From: Escherichia coli
GTDB taxonomy: Bacteria; Pseudomonadota; Gammaproteobacteria; Enterobacterales; Enterobacteriaceae
Reading direction: 5' to 3' (one strand)
NCBI RefSeq assembly: GCF_003334765.1
Contig: NZ_QOWT01000017.1
Length of the DNA: 64,000 bases
This document shows, in pieces, positions 1 to 16,383 of this stretch (within the stretch, counting starts at the first letter, position 1; every line of letters starts with the position of its first letter). A program made the position numbers and the translations under genes. The notes beneath the pieces were generated by a model that had not been told where the DNA came from, made no database searches, and saw only the letters and a program-made list of their open reading frames with translations.

Positions 1-62
1 AGTGGTGGCGCATTATAGGGAGTTATTCCGGCCTGACAAGAGGAAATTTAAAATAATTTTCT
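1..62 (-). promoter_or_regulatory. rrnAp1: rRNA operon P1 promoter (rrnA by synteny with hemG): -35 TTGTCA, 16-bp spacer, -10 TATAAT, GC-rich discriminator, AT-rich UP element; predicted start near position 3, transcribing out of the window
   Basis: Reverse complement of 1-60 reads AAAATTATTTTAAATTTCCTCTTGTCAGGCCGGAATAACTCCCTATAATGCGCCACCACT, which I recognise as the canonical rrn P1 core plus UP element. Confidence 0.8.
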
Positions 63-88
63 GACCGCGCATTTTTTATTCTTTATGC

Positions 89-634
89 TTATTTCAGCGT
101 CGGTTTGTCGGTTAAATGGGCGATTTCTCGGGCGAAATTCGCCACCTGCTCCCAATCGGTATAGACAACTTCTTTGCGCGTATCCGTTTCACCGCCTGAC
201 ATCTTCATAATCAGCTTGATCATAAAACGGTCGTACCAGCGATAACGTGGGTAACGCAGCGCCCCGGCAATGACCGCGCAGCGATCGGGACGCCATTGCG
301 AGTTCATCAGAAACTTGCGCGCGTAGCTGTTGGTCTGTGGAGTACGCTTCTCCGGTTTGCGCGCCACCAGATTCACGGAGTAAAAGGCGCTCGGCATCGA
401 ATTCAGCCGCGTCGCATGTTTTTTGACAAATTCCTGGAACGCTGAATGGTAGTGACCATAGCGAATAGAAGCACCAATGACCACACGGTCATAGTTTTCC
501 CACTGTGGTTCTTCAATGCGGTGCACATTGGCGACATCCGCCTGGATCCCCAGTTCTTTCAGTTCCGAAGCCAGGTAGGAGGCAATCTCGCGCGTTTGTC
601 CGTCCCTTGTTGAGAAAAGAATTAATGTTTTCAC
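89..634 (-). CDS. hemG: Protoporphyrinogen IX dehydrogenase (menaquinone-dependent), flavodoxin-like
   Basis: 181-aa ORF, recognised HemG sequence; immediately downstream of trkH. Confidence 0.93.
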   Translation of the reverse strand: MKTLILFSTRDGQTREIASYLASELKELGIQADVANVHRIEEPQWENYDRVVIGASIRYGHYHSAFQEFVKKHATRLNSMPSAFYSVNLVARKPEKRTPQTNSYARKFLMNSQWRPDRCAVIAGALRYPRYRWYDRFMIKLIMKMSGGETDTRKEVVYTDWEQVANFAREIAHLTDKPTLK

Positions 635-645
635 GTATTACTCCA

Positions 646-2097
646 TCATTCACGCCAGAAAGTCGGGGTAAAGAGCACCAGCAATGTAAAGACCTCGAGA
701 CGACCAAACAGCATGTTGGCAATCAGGATCCATTTAGCCACCGGGTTCATACTGGTAAAGTTATCAGCAACCACGCCAAGCCCTGGCCCCAGGTTATTCA
801 ATGTCGCAACAACCGACGCAAAGGCAGAAAAGTCATCCACGCCCGTGGCGATAATCGCCAGCATACTGACAATAAACACCAATGCATAGGCGGAGAAAAA
901 TCCCCAAACGGCTTCGAGGATACGTTCCGGCAGTGCGCGATTCCCCAGCTTAATGCTATAGACGGCGTTCGGATGCACCAGTCGTTTCAGCTCACGGTTC
1001 CCCTGCTTAAACAGCAGCAGGATGCGGATCACCTTCAGGCCACCGCCCGTTGACCCGGCGCAACCGCCGATAAAGGCTGAACATAAAAGCAGTACCGGCA
1101 AAAAGAGCGGCCAGCGGGCAATGCTGTCAGTTGTAAACCCGGCGGTTGTCGCCATCGACACCACCTGGAAAAACGCCTGGTTAATTGTCATCAGCGCCGA
1201 ACTGTAGACATTATGAAACCACAGTACGAGGGTACAAATAACCACCAGCGTAAACTGTACGCCGATAAACATGCGAAATTCCGGATCGCGCCAATAAACC
1301 TTCAGACTACGCCCACTTAACAGTGAAAAGTGCAGACCGTAGTTACAGCCGGAGATCAGCAGGAAGATAGCAATGATAGTGTTAATAGTCGGGCTATCGA
1401 AATAACCGATACTGGCATCATGTGTCGAGAAGCCGCCAATAGCGATAGTCGCAAAGCTATGGCCGATGGCATCAAAGGCATCCATTCCGGCAAACCACAA
1501 CGCCAGCGCACAGGCGACGGTCAGCAAGACATAAATCAACCACAGGGTTTTCGCCGTTTCCGCAATTCGCGGGCGCATTTTGTTATCTTTCAGCGGGCCG
1601 GGCATTTCTGCGCGATAGAGCTGCATCCCACCCACGCCGAGGATAGGCAGTATCGCAACCGCCAACACGATGATCCCCATCCCGCCAAACCATTGCAGCA
1701 TCTGGCGATAAAAGAGGATGGCGTGAGGGAGCGAATCCAGCCCCACCAGCGTAGTGGCTCCCGTAGTGGTCAGGCCAGAGAAAGATTCAAAAAACGCATC
1801 GGTAATCGTGAGGTTCGGGCTTTCCGAGAAGATAAAAGGGAGCGCACCGACGCTACCCAGCACGGTCCAGAACAGCACCACTATCAGAAACCCCTCACGG
1901 GATTTAAGTTCGCCTTTCTCTTTGCGGTTCGGCCACCACAGCATAGAGCCAATGGCGAGGGCGACAAAAAAGGTCTGGGTAAAAGCGCGGCCCGCTCCAT
2001 CCCGGTAGATGAGTGCTACCAGCCCAGGGATAATCATGGTCCCTGAAAATAAGATGACCAGTAGTCCAACGATTCGGGTAATGGCGCGAAAATGCAT
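646..2097 (-). CDS. trkH: Trk system potassium uptake protein TrkH
   Basis: 483-aa polytopic membrane ORF, recognised TrkH. Confidence 0.93.
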   Translation of the reverse strand: MHFRAITRIVGLLVILFSGTMIIPGLVALIYRDGAGRAFTQTFFVALAIGSMLWWPNRKEKGELKSREGFLIVVLFWTVLGSVGALPFIFSESPNLTITDAFFESFSGLTTTGATTLVGLDSLPHAILFYRQMLQWFGGMGIIVLAVAILPILGVGGMQLYRAEMPGPLKDNKMRPRIAETAKTLWLIYVLLTVACALALWFAGMDAFDAIGHSFATIAIGGFSTHDASIGYFDSPTINTIIAIFLLISGCNYGLHFSLLSGRSLKVYWRDPEFRMFIGVQFTLVVICTLVLWFHNVYSSALMTINQAFFQVVSMATTAGFTTDSIARWPLFLPVLLLCSAFIGGCAGSTGGGLKVIRILLLFKQGNRELKRLVHPNAVYSIKLGNRALPERILEAVWGFFSAYALVFIVSMLAIIATGVDDFSAFASVVATLNNLGPGLGVVADNFTSMNPVAKWILIANMLFGRLEVFTLLVLFTPTFWRE

Positions 2098-2135
2098 CTC
2101 TGCCGCTTCCTTAGTTCTGCAAAACGAAGTGGGGA

Positions 2136-2750
2136 TTATTCTTCAATCGCTAACAATTGCAATGAACCACGGCTAAAATCCGCCAGCTTTGCGGAAAATT
2201 CAGCCACTTTCGCCGCCGGAAGCGCCACCCGCAGCAGAACGAATGCCTGATAATCACTGTTGATAATTTTGCCGTCACACTGCCCCAGCAACGCTTCAAT
2301 GCCGGTTAACTGATGATATTCACATTGCAAAGTATATTCGGTTAATGGCGTCTTGCGTTGGGTCGTTAGCTGGCGCAGCGCCTGATTCACGCCGCCGCCA
2401 TACGCTTTCACTAACCCACCGGTGCCAAGCAATATGCCGCCGTAGTAGCGCACTACCACAGCGGTAATTTCCCCGACGCCGCTGCCCATTAGCTGGGCGA
2501 GCATCGGTTTACCTGCCGTTCCCGCCGGCTCCCCGTCGTCAGAGAAACCCAGCTGTTGAGAATCATCCGGCGCACCCGCGACCCACGCCACGCAATGGTG
2601 CCGGGCATCGGGGTGTTCTGCCCGCACCGATTCAACAAACGCTTTCGCCGCCTCAACGCCATCGGTATGCGCCAACATCGTTATGAAGCGGCTCTTTTTG
2701 ATCTCTTCAACGACCGTGACCGGTGCCGCAGGAATTAACCAGCTTTCCAT
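2136..2750 (-). CDS. yigZ: IMPACT-family protein YigZ
   Basis: 204 aa from the ATG at 2750 (track start 2753 is a GTG one codon upstream); ATG overlaps pepQ stop by 1 nt (TGATG). Confidence 0.85.
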   Translation of the reverse strand: MESWLIPAAPVTVVEEIKKSRFITMLAHTDGVEAAKAFVESVRAEHPDARHHCVAWVAGAPDDSQQLGFSDDGEPAGTAGKPMLAQLMGSGVGEITAVVVRYYGGILLGTGGLVKAYGGGVNQALRQLTTQRKTPLTEYTLQCEYHQLTGIEALLGQCDGKIINSDYQAFVLLRVALPAAKVAEFSAKLADFSRGSLQLLAIEE

Positions 2751-4081
2751 CACGCCAGTTTCAGATCCCGGGTCATGTTTTCCACGTTGTTTTCGTGGAT
2801 CACCACGTTGTCTTCGATACGAATGCCGCCGAACGGTTTCAGTGCTTCAATTTTCTGCCAGTTGAAGTGCTTGCTGAACTGCCCTTCACGCCACGGTGCC
2901 AGTAGCGATTCGATGAAGTAGATACCCGGTTCGATGGTTAACACCATGCCCGGCTGGAGAATACGGGTGCAGCGCAGGTACGGATATTTTGCCGGTGCCG
3001 CGAGGTGCGTACCGCTATCATCCTGCATAAAACCAGCGACGTCATGCACCTGCAGGCCCAGCGGATGGCCGATACCATGCGGCATAAACGGCCCGGTAAG
3101 ATCGTTTTCGACCATCGCTTCTTCACTCATATCGGTGATGATTTGATGTTTACGCAGCAGTTTGGCGATGCGCTGATGGAACTGGATGTGGTAATCCACA
3201 TAGCTGACGCCTGCTTTCATGGTGGCGATCAGCGCCAGTTGTTCATCATTAACGTCCTTCACCAGCTGCGCGTAGTCGTTGTCACTTTTTGCCGACCAGG
3301 TACGGGTCAGGTCAGCCGCATAGCCGTTATATTCTGCCCCGGCATCCAGCAGGAAGCTGCGCATCTCTTCCGGTGCCTGATGGTCCAGTTTGGTGTAATG
3401 CAGTACCGCAGCGTGTTCGTTAAGCGCCACAATGTTGCTGTAAGGTACGTCGGTATCACGATGACCGGTCGCGGTCAGATAGGCAATGTTGATATCGAAC
3501 TCGCTCATGCCAGAACGGAACGCTTCTTCTGCCGCGCGGTGACCGTTGACCGCCATTTTCTGCGCTTCACGCATACAGGCCAGTTCGTACTCAGTTTTGA
3601 AGGAGCGATAGTAATGCAGGTAGTCGATAACCCCTTTCGGGTTGATGTTGCTGGCCTCAATACCCAGTTGCAGCGCACGTTCCGGCACCGGACCGATATA
3701 ACCGATATTGCCGCGCGCAGCAGGCAGCAGGCTACCAATGCCATCGGCTTTCGGCAGCGCGATCACTTCCACATCTTCAGTCCAGAAAGAGGTCGGCAGC
3801 GGTTCGACGTTGTGCCAGTAATCAACCGGCAGATAGAACCACAGTTTCGGCTTGTTCACGCCATCCACCAGCAACCAGCAGTTTGGCACCTGAGTTACCG
3901 GCACCCACGCTTTGAATTGCGGGTTCACTTTAAACGGATAGGGATGATCGTCGAGAAAAACATTGAACAGCTCGCCGGAGTGAATAAGTAACGCATCCAG
4001 CTTGAAGCGCGCCAGCGCATCGCGAGTCCGTTCTTGTAAGGTAGCTATATGATTTTTATAGAGCGAGGCCAGTGATTCCAT
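2750..4081 (-). CDS. pepQ: Xaa-Pro dipeptidase (prolidase)
   Basis: 443-aa ORF with M24 metallopeptidase features; divergent from fadB. Confidence 0.92.
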
Positions 4082-4228
4082 TTTTTACCCTTCTGTTTTT
4101 TTGACCTTAAGTCTCCGCATCTTAGCACATCGTTCATCCAGAGCGTGATTTCTGCCGAGCGTGATCAGATCGGCATTTCTTTAATCTTTTGTTTGCATAT
4201 TTTTAACACAAAATACACACTTCGACTC

Positions 4229-4245
4229 ATCTGGTACGACCAGAT
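4229..4245 (+). promoter_or_regulatory. FadR operator of the fadBA promoter
   Basis: Perfect palindrome ATCTGGTACGACCAGAT about 26 bp upstream of the fadB ATG; matches the FadR site as I recall it. Confidence 0.75.
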
Positions 4246-4270
4246 CACCTTGCGGATTCAGGAGACTGAC

Positions 4271-6460
4271 ATGCTTTACAAAGGCGACACCCTGTACCTT
4301 GACTGGCTGGAAGATGGCATTGCCGAACTGGTATTTGATGCCCCAGGTTCAGTTAATAAACTCGACACTGCGACCGTCGCCAGCCTCGGCGAGGCCATCG
4401 GCGTGCTGGAACAGCAATCAGATCTAAAAGGGCTGCTGCTGCGTTCGAACAAAGCAGCCTTTATCGTCGGTGCTGATATCACCGAATTTTTGTCCCTGTT
4501 CCTCGTTCCTGAAGAACAGTTAAGTCAGTGGCTGCACTTTGCCAATAGCGTGTTTAATCGCCTGGAAGATCTGCCGGTGCCGACCATTGCTGCCGTCAAT
4601 GGCTATGCGCTGGGCGGTGGCTGCGAATGCGTGCTGGCGACCGATTATCGTCTGGCGACGCCGGATCTGCGCATCGGTCTGCCGGAAACCAAACTGGGCA
4701 TCATGCCTGGCTTTGGCGGTTCTGTACGTATGCCACGTATGCTGGGCGCTGACAGTGCGCTGGAAATCATTGCCGCCGGTAAAGATGTCGGCGCGGATCA
4801 GGCGCTGAAAATCGGTCTGGTGGATGGCGTAGTCAAAGCAGAAAAACTGGTTGAAGGCGCAAAGGCGGTTTTACGCCAGGCCATTAACGGCGACCTCGAC
4901 TGGAAAGCAAAACGTCAGCCGAAGCTGGAACCACTAAAACTGAGCAAGATTGAAGCCACCATGAGCTTCACCATCGCTAAAGGGATGGTCGCACAAACAG
5001 CGGGGAAACATTATCCGGCCCCCATCACCGCAGTAAAAACCATTGAAGCTGCGGCCCGTTTTGGTCGTGAAGAAGCCTTAAACCTGGAAAACAAAAGTTT
5101 TGTCCCGCTGGCGCATACCAACGAAGCCCGCGCACTGGTCGGCATTTTCCTTAACGATCAATATGTAAAAGGCAAAGCGAAGAAACTCACCAAAGACGTT
5201 GAAAACCCGAAACAGGCCGCGGTGCTGGGTGCAGGCATTATGGGCGGCGGCATCGCTTACCAGTCTGCGTGGAAAGGCGTGCCGGTTGTCATGAAAGATA
5301 TCAACGACAAGTCGTTAACCCTCGGCATGACCGAAGCCGCGAAACTGCTGAACAAGCAGCTTGAGCGCGGCAAGATCGATGGTCTGAAACTGGCTGGCGT
5401 GATCTCCACAATCCACCCAACGCTCGACTACGCCGGATTTGACCGCGTGGATATTGTGGTAGAAGCGGTTGTTGAAAACCCGAAAGTGAAAAAAGCCGTA
5501 CTGGCAGAAACCGAACAAAAAGTACGCCAGGATACCGTGCTGGCGTCTAACACTTCAACCATTCCTATCAGCGAACTGGCCAACGCGCTGGAACGCCCGG
5601 AAAACTTCTGCGGGATGCACTTCTTTAACCCGGTCCACCGAATGCCGTTGGTAGAAATTATTCGCGGCGAGAAAAGCTCCGACGAAACCATCGCGAAAGT
5701 TGTCGCCTGGGCGAGCAAGATGGGCAAGACGCCGATTGTGGTTAACGACTGCCCCGGCTTCTTTGTTAACCGCGTGCTGTTCCCGTATTTCGCCGGTTTC
5801 AGCCAGCTGCTGCGCGACGGCGCGGATTTCCGCAAGATCGACAAAGTGATGGAAAAACAGTTTGGCTGGCCGATGGGCCCGGCATATCTGCTGGACGTTG
5901 TGGGCATTGATACCGCGCATCACGCTCAGGCTGTCATGGCAGCAGGCTTCCCGCAGCGGATGCAGAAAGATTACCGCGATGCCATCGACGCGCTGTTTGA
6001 TGCCAACCGCTTTGGTCAGAAGAACGGCCTCGGTTTCTGGCGTTATAAAGAAGACAGCAAAGGTAAGCCGAAGAAAGAAGAAGACGCCGCCGTTGAAGAC
6101 CTGCTGGCAGAAGTGAGCCAGCCGAAGCGCGATTTCAGCGAAGAAGAGATTATCGCCCGCATGATGATCCCGATGGTCAACGAAGTGGTGCGCTGTCTGG
6201 AGGAAGGCATTATCGCCACTCCGGCGGAAGCGGATATGGCGCTGGTCTACGGCCTGGGCTTCCCTCCGTTCCACGGCGGCGCGTTCCGCTGGCTGGACAC
6301 CCTCGGTAGCGCAAAATACCTCGATATGGCACAGCAATATCAGCACCTCGGCCCGCTGTATGAAGTGCCGGAAGGTCTGCGTAATAAAGCGCGTCATAAC
6401 GAACCGTACTATCCTCCGGTTGAGCCAGCCCGTCCGGTTGGCGACCTGAAAACGGCTTAA
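4271..6460 (+). CDS. fadB: Fatty acid oxidation complex alpha subunit (enoyl-CoA hydratase / 3-hydroxyacyl-CoA dehydrogenase)
   Basis: 729 aa from [12 protein letters not shown] with AGGAG RBS; track ORF starts 42 codons upstream in frame. Confidence 0.95.
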   Translation: MLYKGDTLYLDWLEDGIAELVFDAPGSVNKLDTATVASLGEAIGVLEQQSDLKGLLLRSNKAAFIVGADITEFLSLFLVPEEQLSQWLHFANSVFNRLEDLPVPTIAAVNGYALGGGCECVLATDYRLATPDLRIGLPETKLGIMPGFGGSVRMPRMLGADSALEIIAAGKDVGADQALKIGLVDGVVKAEKLVEGAKAVLRQAINGDLDWKAKRQPKLEPLKLSKIEATMSFTIAKGMVAQTAGKHYPAPITAVKTIEAAARFGREEALNLENKSFVPLAHTNEARALVGIFLNDQYVKGKAKKLTKDVENPKQAAVLGAGIMGGGIAYQSAWKGVPVVMKDINDKSLTLGMTEAAKLLNKQLERGKIDGLKLAGVISTIHPTLDYAGFDRVDIVVEAVVENPKVKKAVLAETEQKVRQDTVLASNTSTIPISELANALERPENFCGMHFFNPVHRMPLVEIIRGEKSSDETIAKVVAWASKMGKTPIVVNDCPGFFVNRVLFPYFAGFSQLLRDGADFRKIDKVMEKQFGWPMGPAYLLDVVGIDTAHHAQAVMAAGFPQRMQKDYRDAIDALFDANRFGQKNGLGFWRYKEDSKGKPKKEEDAAVEDLLAEVSQPKRDFSEEEIIARMMIPMVNEVVRCLEEGIIATPAEADMALVYGLGFPPFHGGAFRWLDTLGSAKYLDMAQQYQHLGPLYEVPEGLRNKARHNEPYYPPVEPARPVGDLKTA

Positions 6461-7633
<1,173 letters not shown>

Positions 7634-7639
7634 CCACTT

Positions 7640-7826
<187 letters not shown>

Positions 7827-7884
7827 TTTGCCAGATACGTCATAGATCTAAATGCCACTGAATAACAGTTTAGTTGCCGTTCTT

Positions 7885-7910
7885 CCCGCCTGTCAGGGGC
7901 GGGTTTTTTT
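7885..7910 (+). terminator. Rho-independent terminator of fadBA
   Basis: CCCGCCTGTCAGGGGCGGG hairpin followed by TTTTTTT. Confidence 0.8.
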
Positions 7911-7915
7911 ATATC

Positions 7916-8617
7916 TCAGATAAATGCAAACGCATCGCCAAACAGGCGATCTTCCCGCGCATTACGCTCACTGCAAAACAGATCGCGGGCAATTTTCGCC
8001 ATCTCAAAACGTCCGGCAATATAGATATCATGCTCTGCCAGCGTACCGTGATCCTGCAATACCGCCGTTAACACGGTGCCAGTACGCCCACGCCAGCCCG
8101 CTTCCGGTTGTTCAACCACCGGCACCACTTGCAGACCAGGATGCTTCAACGAAAGCGCCTCAAGCTCGCAGAGATCATACAGATGCTGCTCTTCACGCCC
8201 GCCCCAGTAAATGGTGATATCACGGTTTGGGTTACGCGCCAACGCTGTCAGCAAAATCGAGCGGGCATAAGAGAACCCGGTGCCGCCCGCAATCAAAATC
8301 ATCGGACGCTCTTCATCATCGCGCAGCCACGCTTCTCCGTGGGGAATGTCGACCACGATTTGATGATCTTTGAGGATGCGGTCCATGACTGCTTTCGCGT
8401 AAAGGTTGATTTCAGAAGCGCCAATATGCAGCTCGATAAACCCTTTTTCATCCGGCGTCGAAGCCATTGAGAACGGACGTTTGTCGCGCTCATCCATCAC
8501 TACCATCAAATACTGACCAGCACGAAAAGAAAAGGCCGCGTCTGGCACGATGCGGACACGATATACGGTATCCGTGATAGCTTCTACCGAGGTCACTTTA
8601 CAGCTTAAGGTTGTCAT
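7916..8617 (-). CDS. fre: NAD(P)H-flavin reductase
   Basis: 233 aa from [14 protein letters not shown]; track ORF extended 11 codons upstream. Confidence 0.92.
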
Positions 8618-8662
8618 GCGCTTTCTCTGTCGGATCGATAAATAGGGCAAAACAAACGCGCA

Positions 8663-10156
8663 TCAGGCGCTTTTACCGTTGTTAAAAATAGCCAGTTCAT
8701 CCCAGATGGCGTCAATATGCGCGACAACATCTGGATCTTTTTTGATGGGACGTCCCCATTCACGCTGGGTTTCCCCCGGCCATTTATTCGTGGCATCCAG
8801 CCCCATTTTTGAACCCAGCCCGGAGACAGGCGAGGCAAAATCCAGATAATCAATAGGCGTATTTTCTACCAGAACAGTATCCCGCGCCGGGTCCATACGG
8901 GTGGTAATCGCCCAAATCACATCGTTCCAGTCGCGTGCGTTAACGTCATCATCGCAAACGATCACAAATTTAGTGTACATAAACTGGCGTAAGAACGACC
9001 AGACGCCCATCATGACGCGCTTCGCGTGTCCGGCGTACTGTTTTTTGATTGTCACTACCGCCAGGCGATAAGAGCAGCCTTCCGGCGGCAGGTAAAAATC
9101 GACAATTTCCGGGAACTGTTTTTGCAGAATCGGCACAAACACTTCGTTCAGTGCGACACCCAGCACCGCGGGCTCATCTGGCGGACGCCCGGTATAGGTG
9201 GAATGGTAAATCGCATCTTCACGCTGGGTAATATGCGTCACGGTAAATACCGGGAAACTATCGACTTCATTATAGTAACCGGTGTGGTCGCCATACGGCC
9301 CTTCCGGCGCAGTTTCGCCTTGTTCGATATACCCTTCCAGCACAATCTCCGCACTGGCGGGCACTTCAAGATCATTGGAGATACACTTCACCACTTCGGT
9401 CTTGGTGCCACGTAGCAATCCGGCAAACGCATACTCTGAAAGCGTATCCGGAACGGGAGTGACTGCACCGAGAATCGTGGCGGGATCGGCACCCAGCGCC
9501 ACAGAAACCGGGAAACGTTCGCCCGGATGCGCCGCACACCACTCCTGATAATCCAGCGCGCCGCCGCGATGCGACAGCCAGCGCATAATCAGTTTGTTTT
9601 TACCAATCAGCTGCTGGCGATAAATGCCCAGATTCTGCCGCTCTTTATGTGGGCCGCGCGTCACTGTCAGCCCCCAGGTAATCAGCGGCGCGGCATCTTC
9701 CGGCCAGCAGGTCATAATGGGAATGCGATTGAGATCGACGTCATCGCCAGAGACGATTTTTTGTTGGCAGGGCGCACCACGCAGCCGCTTTGTCGGCATG
9801 TTCAATACTTGCTTAAACTGCGGCAGTTTATCAAACAGGTCGCGGAAACCTTTTGGCGGCTCCGGCTCTTTCAGAAACGCCAATAATTTACCAACTTCAC
9901 GCAGCGCCGAAACATCTTCCTGCCCCATGCCCATCGCCACGCGCTTTGGCGTACCGAACAGGTTGCACAGCACCGGCATTGAGTAGCCTTTAGGGTTTTC
10001 GAACAACAGCGCAGGCCCACCGGCACGCAAAGTGCGGTCAGCAATTTCAGTGATTTCCAGATGCGGATCCACCGGGAGCGTGATACGTTTTAGCTCACCC
10101 TGCTGTTCAAGCAGCGTCAAGAAGTCGCGTAAATCGTTATATTTCATGGCGTCCAT
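8663..10156 (-). CDS. ubiD: 3-octaprenyl-4-hydroxybenzoate decarboxylase
   Basis: 497-aa ORF, recognised UbiD. Confidence 0.93.
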   Translation of the reverse strand: MDAMKYNDLRDFLTLLEQQGELKRITLPVDPHLEITEIADRTLRAGGPALLFENPKGYSMPVLCNLFGTPKRVAMGMGQEDVSALREVGKLLAFLKEPEPPKGFRDLFDKLPQFKQVLNMPTKRLRGAPCQQKIVSGDDVDLNRIPIMTCWPEDAAPLITWGLTVTRGPHKERQNLGIYRQQLIGKNKLIMRWLSHRGGALDYQEWCAAHPGERFPVSVALGADPATILGAVTPVPDTLSEYAFAGLLRGTKTEVVKCISNDLEVPASAEIVLEGYIEQGETAPEGPYGDHTGYYNEVDSFPVFTVTHITQREDAIYHSTYTGRPPDEPAVLGVALNEVFVPILQKQFPEIVDFYLPPEGCSYRLAVVTIKKQYAGHAKRVMMGVWSFLRQFMYTKFVIVCDDDVNARDWNDVIWAITTRMDPARDTVLVENTPIDYLDFASPVSGLGSKMGLDATNKWPGETQREWGRPIKKDPDVVAHIDAIWDELAIFNNGKSA

Positions 10157-10277
10157 TGTAGCCTCTTAATCTGCGCCCATTATACGGCGTTCATCTTTGC
10201 GATGCTGTAAATTTGTTAAATTAGCGTGAACTCTGACGGTATAACGCAAACCGGGGAATATAATTAACTTAGCGTAA

Positions 10278-11590
<1,313 letters not shown>

Positions 11591-11631
11591 CCTGTACTCC
11601 ATATGACAACCGCCCTGACGGGCGGTTGAAT

Positions 11632-12408
11632 TTATTCTTCAGTTTTTTCGCTTTCTGCTTCAGCGTCGTTTTCCTCTTCCCGATTTCGCCCTTTACCAAC
11701 GTAAAAGCGTGAGAAGAAGACACCGATTTCAAACAGACAGTACATCGGGATCGCCAACAGCGTTTGCGAGAAGACATCCGGCGGCGTCAGCAACATCCCG
11801 ACAACGAATGCACCAACCAGCACATACGGGCGTTTTTTGCGTAAGTCTTCTGGCGAGGTAATCCCCATCCAGCACAGCAGCACAATTGCTACCGGCACTT
11901 CAAAGGAGACACCAAACGCCATAAACAGCGCCATAACGAAGCTTAAATAGCTGGCGATGTCGGTGGATACCTGCACCCCTTCCGGCGCGGTATTGGCAAG
12001 GAAGCCAAATGCCAGCGGAAAGACCACAAAGTAGGCGAATGCCATGCCGATATAAAACAGCAGAGAGCTGGAAACCAGCAGCGGCACCACCAGGCGACGT
12101 TCATGCTTATACAGCGCTGGGGCGATAAATGCCCACACCTGATAGAGAATCACCGGCGCTGACAGAATCAGCGACACCATAAAGGTCAGCTTGATCGGCG
12201 TAAAGAACGGCGAGGCCACGTCGGTGGCGATCATCGTTGAACCTTGCGGCAACTGCTTGATCAATGGCGCGGATACCAGGTGATAGATGTCATTGGCGAA
12301 ATAGACCAGACACAGGAATATCACGATCACCGCGATAATGCAGTTCAGCAGACGCTTACGCAGCTCAATCAGATGCGTGATAAGCGGTTGAGTATCTTCT
12401 ACAGACAT
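11632..12408 (-). CDS. tatC: Twin-arginine translocase subunit TatC
   Basis: 258-aa polytopic membrane ORF. Confidence 0.95.
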
Positions 12409-12410
12409 GT

Positions 12411-12926
12411 TTACGGTTTATCACTCGACGAAGGGGAAGGTGCAGCGGTTTTCGGTTCAGCGTCCGCAGCAGGTTTTACCACCGGCTCTGGCGTGGTTTC
12501 TGGCTTCTGTTCCGGCGAACTGGCCTGCGTTTGTGCAGCGGCAGGCGTTACGCCCTCATGCGCAGCTTCATTATCTTTCACCACCGGGTTATGGATGGTG
12601 TGCGCTTCATCGCTCGCCTTTTCAGGATCGTTTGCAACGTAGGAACGCTTCATCGACTCCGCGGCCTGGCGTAGTTCATCCATCGACGCTTTCAGTTCGG
12701 GCGTCAGGTTAGTGAGGCTCGCCTTTTCAACCTTTTTCAGACTGTCCTGAAACTCCTGGAGTTTTAACTCCTGGGTCAGTTCGTTCTGCACCGTTGTCGC
12801 CAGTGAACGCAACGCGCGAATCCAGCCCGCTACCGTTTTTACCGCCACAGGCAGTCGTTGCGGCCCCAGAACGACGAGGCCGATGATGAACACCAATAGC
12901 AGTTCGCTAAAACCGATATCAAACAC
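12411..12926 (-). CDS. tatB: Twin-arginine translocase subunit TatB
   Basis: 171-aa ORF with N-terminal TM helix and charged tail. Confidence 0.95.
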
Positions 12927-12929
12927 GGA

Positions 12930-13199
12930 TTACACCTGCTCTTTATCGTGGCGCTTCGCGTCTTCTGTTTTAGCCTGTTCCTGATTCGTATCCGCCTGCT
13001 TATCGGCGATAGTTTTCGCAGTAAAATCAGCATCCTGACTGGTTTTATCCTGCTTTGGTTCATCATCGCTCATTGCTTTTTTAAAGCCTTTGATCGACGC
13101 ACCAAGATCGGAACCGATGGAGCCGAGCTTTTTGGTGCCAAAAAGCAGTACAACGATGACGGCAATAATCAATAACTGCCAAATACTGATACCACCCAT
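12930..13199 (-). CDS. tatA: Twin-arginine translocase subunit TatA
   Basis: 89 aa from [27 protein letters not shown]; track ORF extended upstream. Confidence 0.93.
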   Translation of the reverse strand: MGGISIWQLLIIAVIVVLLFGTKKLGSIGSDLGASIKGFKKAMSDDEPKQDKTSQDADFTAKTIADKQADTNQEQAKTEDAKRHDKEQV

Positions 13200-13277
13200 A
13201 CATGTTCCTCTGTGGTAGATGATGATTAAACAAAGCCGCATTATACGTTACACGGCCCGCCTTGAGCGATGAAAAAA

Positions 13278-15520
<2,243 letters not shown>

Positions 15521-15533
15521 TTCCGGTCTCCTG

Positions 15534-16289
15534 TCAGAACTTATAACCACGATGCAGCGCCACAACCCCTGCCGTCAGATTGTAGTAGTCGACACTTTCG
15601 AATCCGGCATCCTGCATCATGGCTTTCAGGGTATCCTGATCGGGATGCATACGGATGGATTCTGCCAGATAACGGTAGCTGTCGGCGTCGTTCGCGACCA
15701 GTGAGCCAATACGCGGCAGCACATGGAAGGAGTATGCATCATAGGCTTTGCTCAGCGGCTCGATAATTGGCTTCGAGAACTCAAGCACCAGCAGGCGGCC
15801 GCCGGGTTTCAGCACGCGATACATTGAACGCAGTGCTTTATCTTTGTCGGTGACGTTACGCAGACCAAACGAAATGGTGATGCAATCAAAGGTGTTATCC
15901 GGGAACGGCAGCGCCTCAGCGTTCGCCTGAACATACTCAACGTTGCCAATCACACCGATATTACGCAGCTTCTCGCGGCCCATTTTGAGCATGGATTCAT
16001 TGATATCAGCAAGGACCACTTTGCCAGTTTCTCCGACCAGGCGGGAGAATTTCGCTGTCAGGTCGCCGGTGCCACCAGCCAGATCCAGCACGGTCTGCCC
16101 ACGGCGTACGCCGCTGCAATCAATCGTGAATCGCTTCCACAAACGATGAATACCAAATGACATCAAATCATTCATGACATCGTATTTTGATGCCACGGAA
16201 TGGAAAACGTGGGCGACCATATCCGCTTTTTGTTCCTTCGCGACGGTCTGAAAACCAAAGTGCGTCGTTTCTTGTAACTTATCCACCAT
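15534..16289 (-). CDS. ubiE: Ubiquinone/menaquinone C-methyltransferase
   Basis: 251-aa ORF with SAM-binding motif [10 protein letters not shown]. Confidence 0.95.
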   Translation of the reverse strand: MVDKLQETTHFGFQTVAKEQKADMVAHVFHSVASKYDVMNDLMSFGIHRLWKRFTIDCSGVRRGQTVLDLAGGTGDLTAKFSRLVGETGKVVLADINESMLKMGREKLRNIGVIGNVEYVQANAEALPFPDNTFDCITISFGLRNVTDKDKALRSMYRVLKPGGRLLVLEFSKPIIEPLSKAYDAYSFHVLPRIGSLVANDADSYRYLAESIRMHPDQDTLKAMMQDAGFESVDYYNLTAGVVALHRGYKF

Positions 16290-16383
16290 CTCAATGCCTG
16301 CTCATCAAAAAATTGTTCCAGAAGTGTAACAGATTGGGCGTCGATGCCCTAGATTTCTACCCGGCTTAACTACTCCCAATGGG

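Noticed and set aside
1330-2046. 238-aa plus-strand ORF antisense to trkH, and similar long antisense ORFs inside pepQ (3005-3991), fadB (5555-6568), udp (17994-18668), metE (20469-21044, 21513-22106), yigM (23295-24062), uvrD (36856-37518) and wecC (62679-63419)
   Set aside because: Each lies wholly inside a well-supported gene on the opposite strand; these are shadow ORFs typical of GC-rich coding DNA, with low-complexity Arg/Gln/His-rich translations and no RBS.
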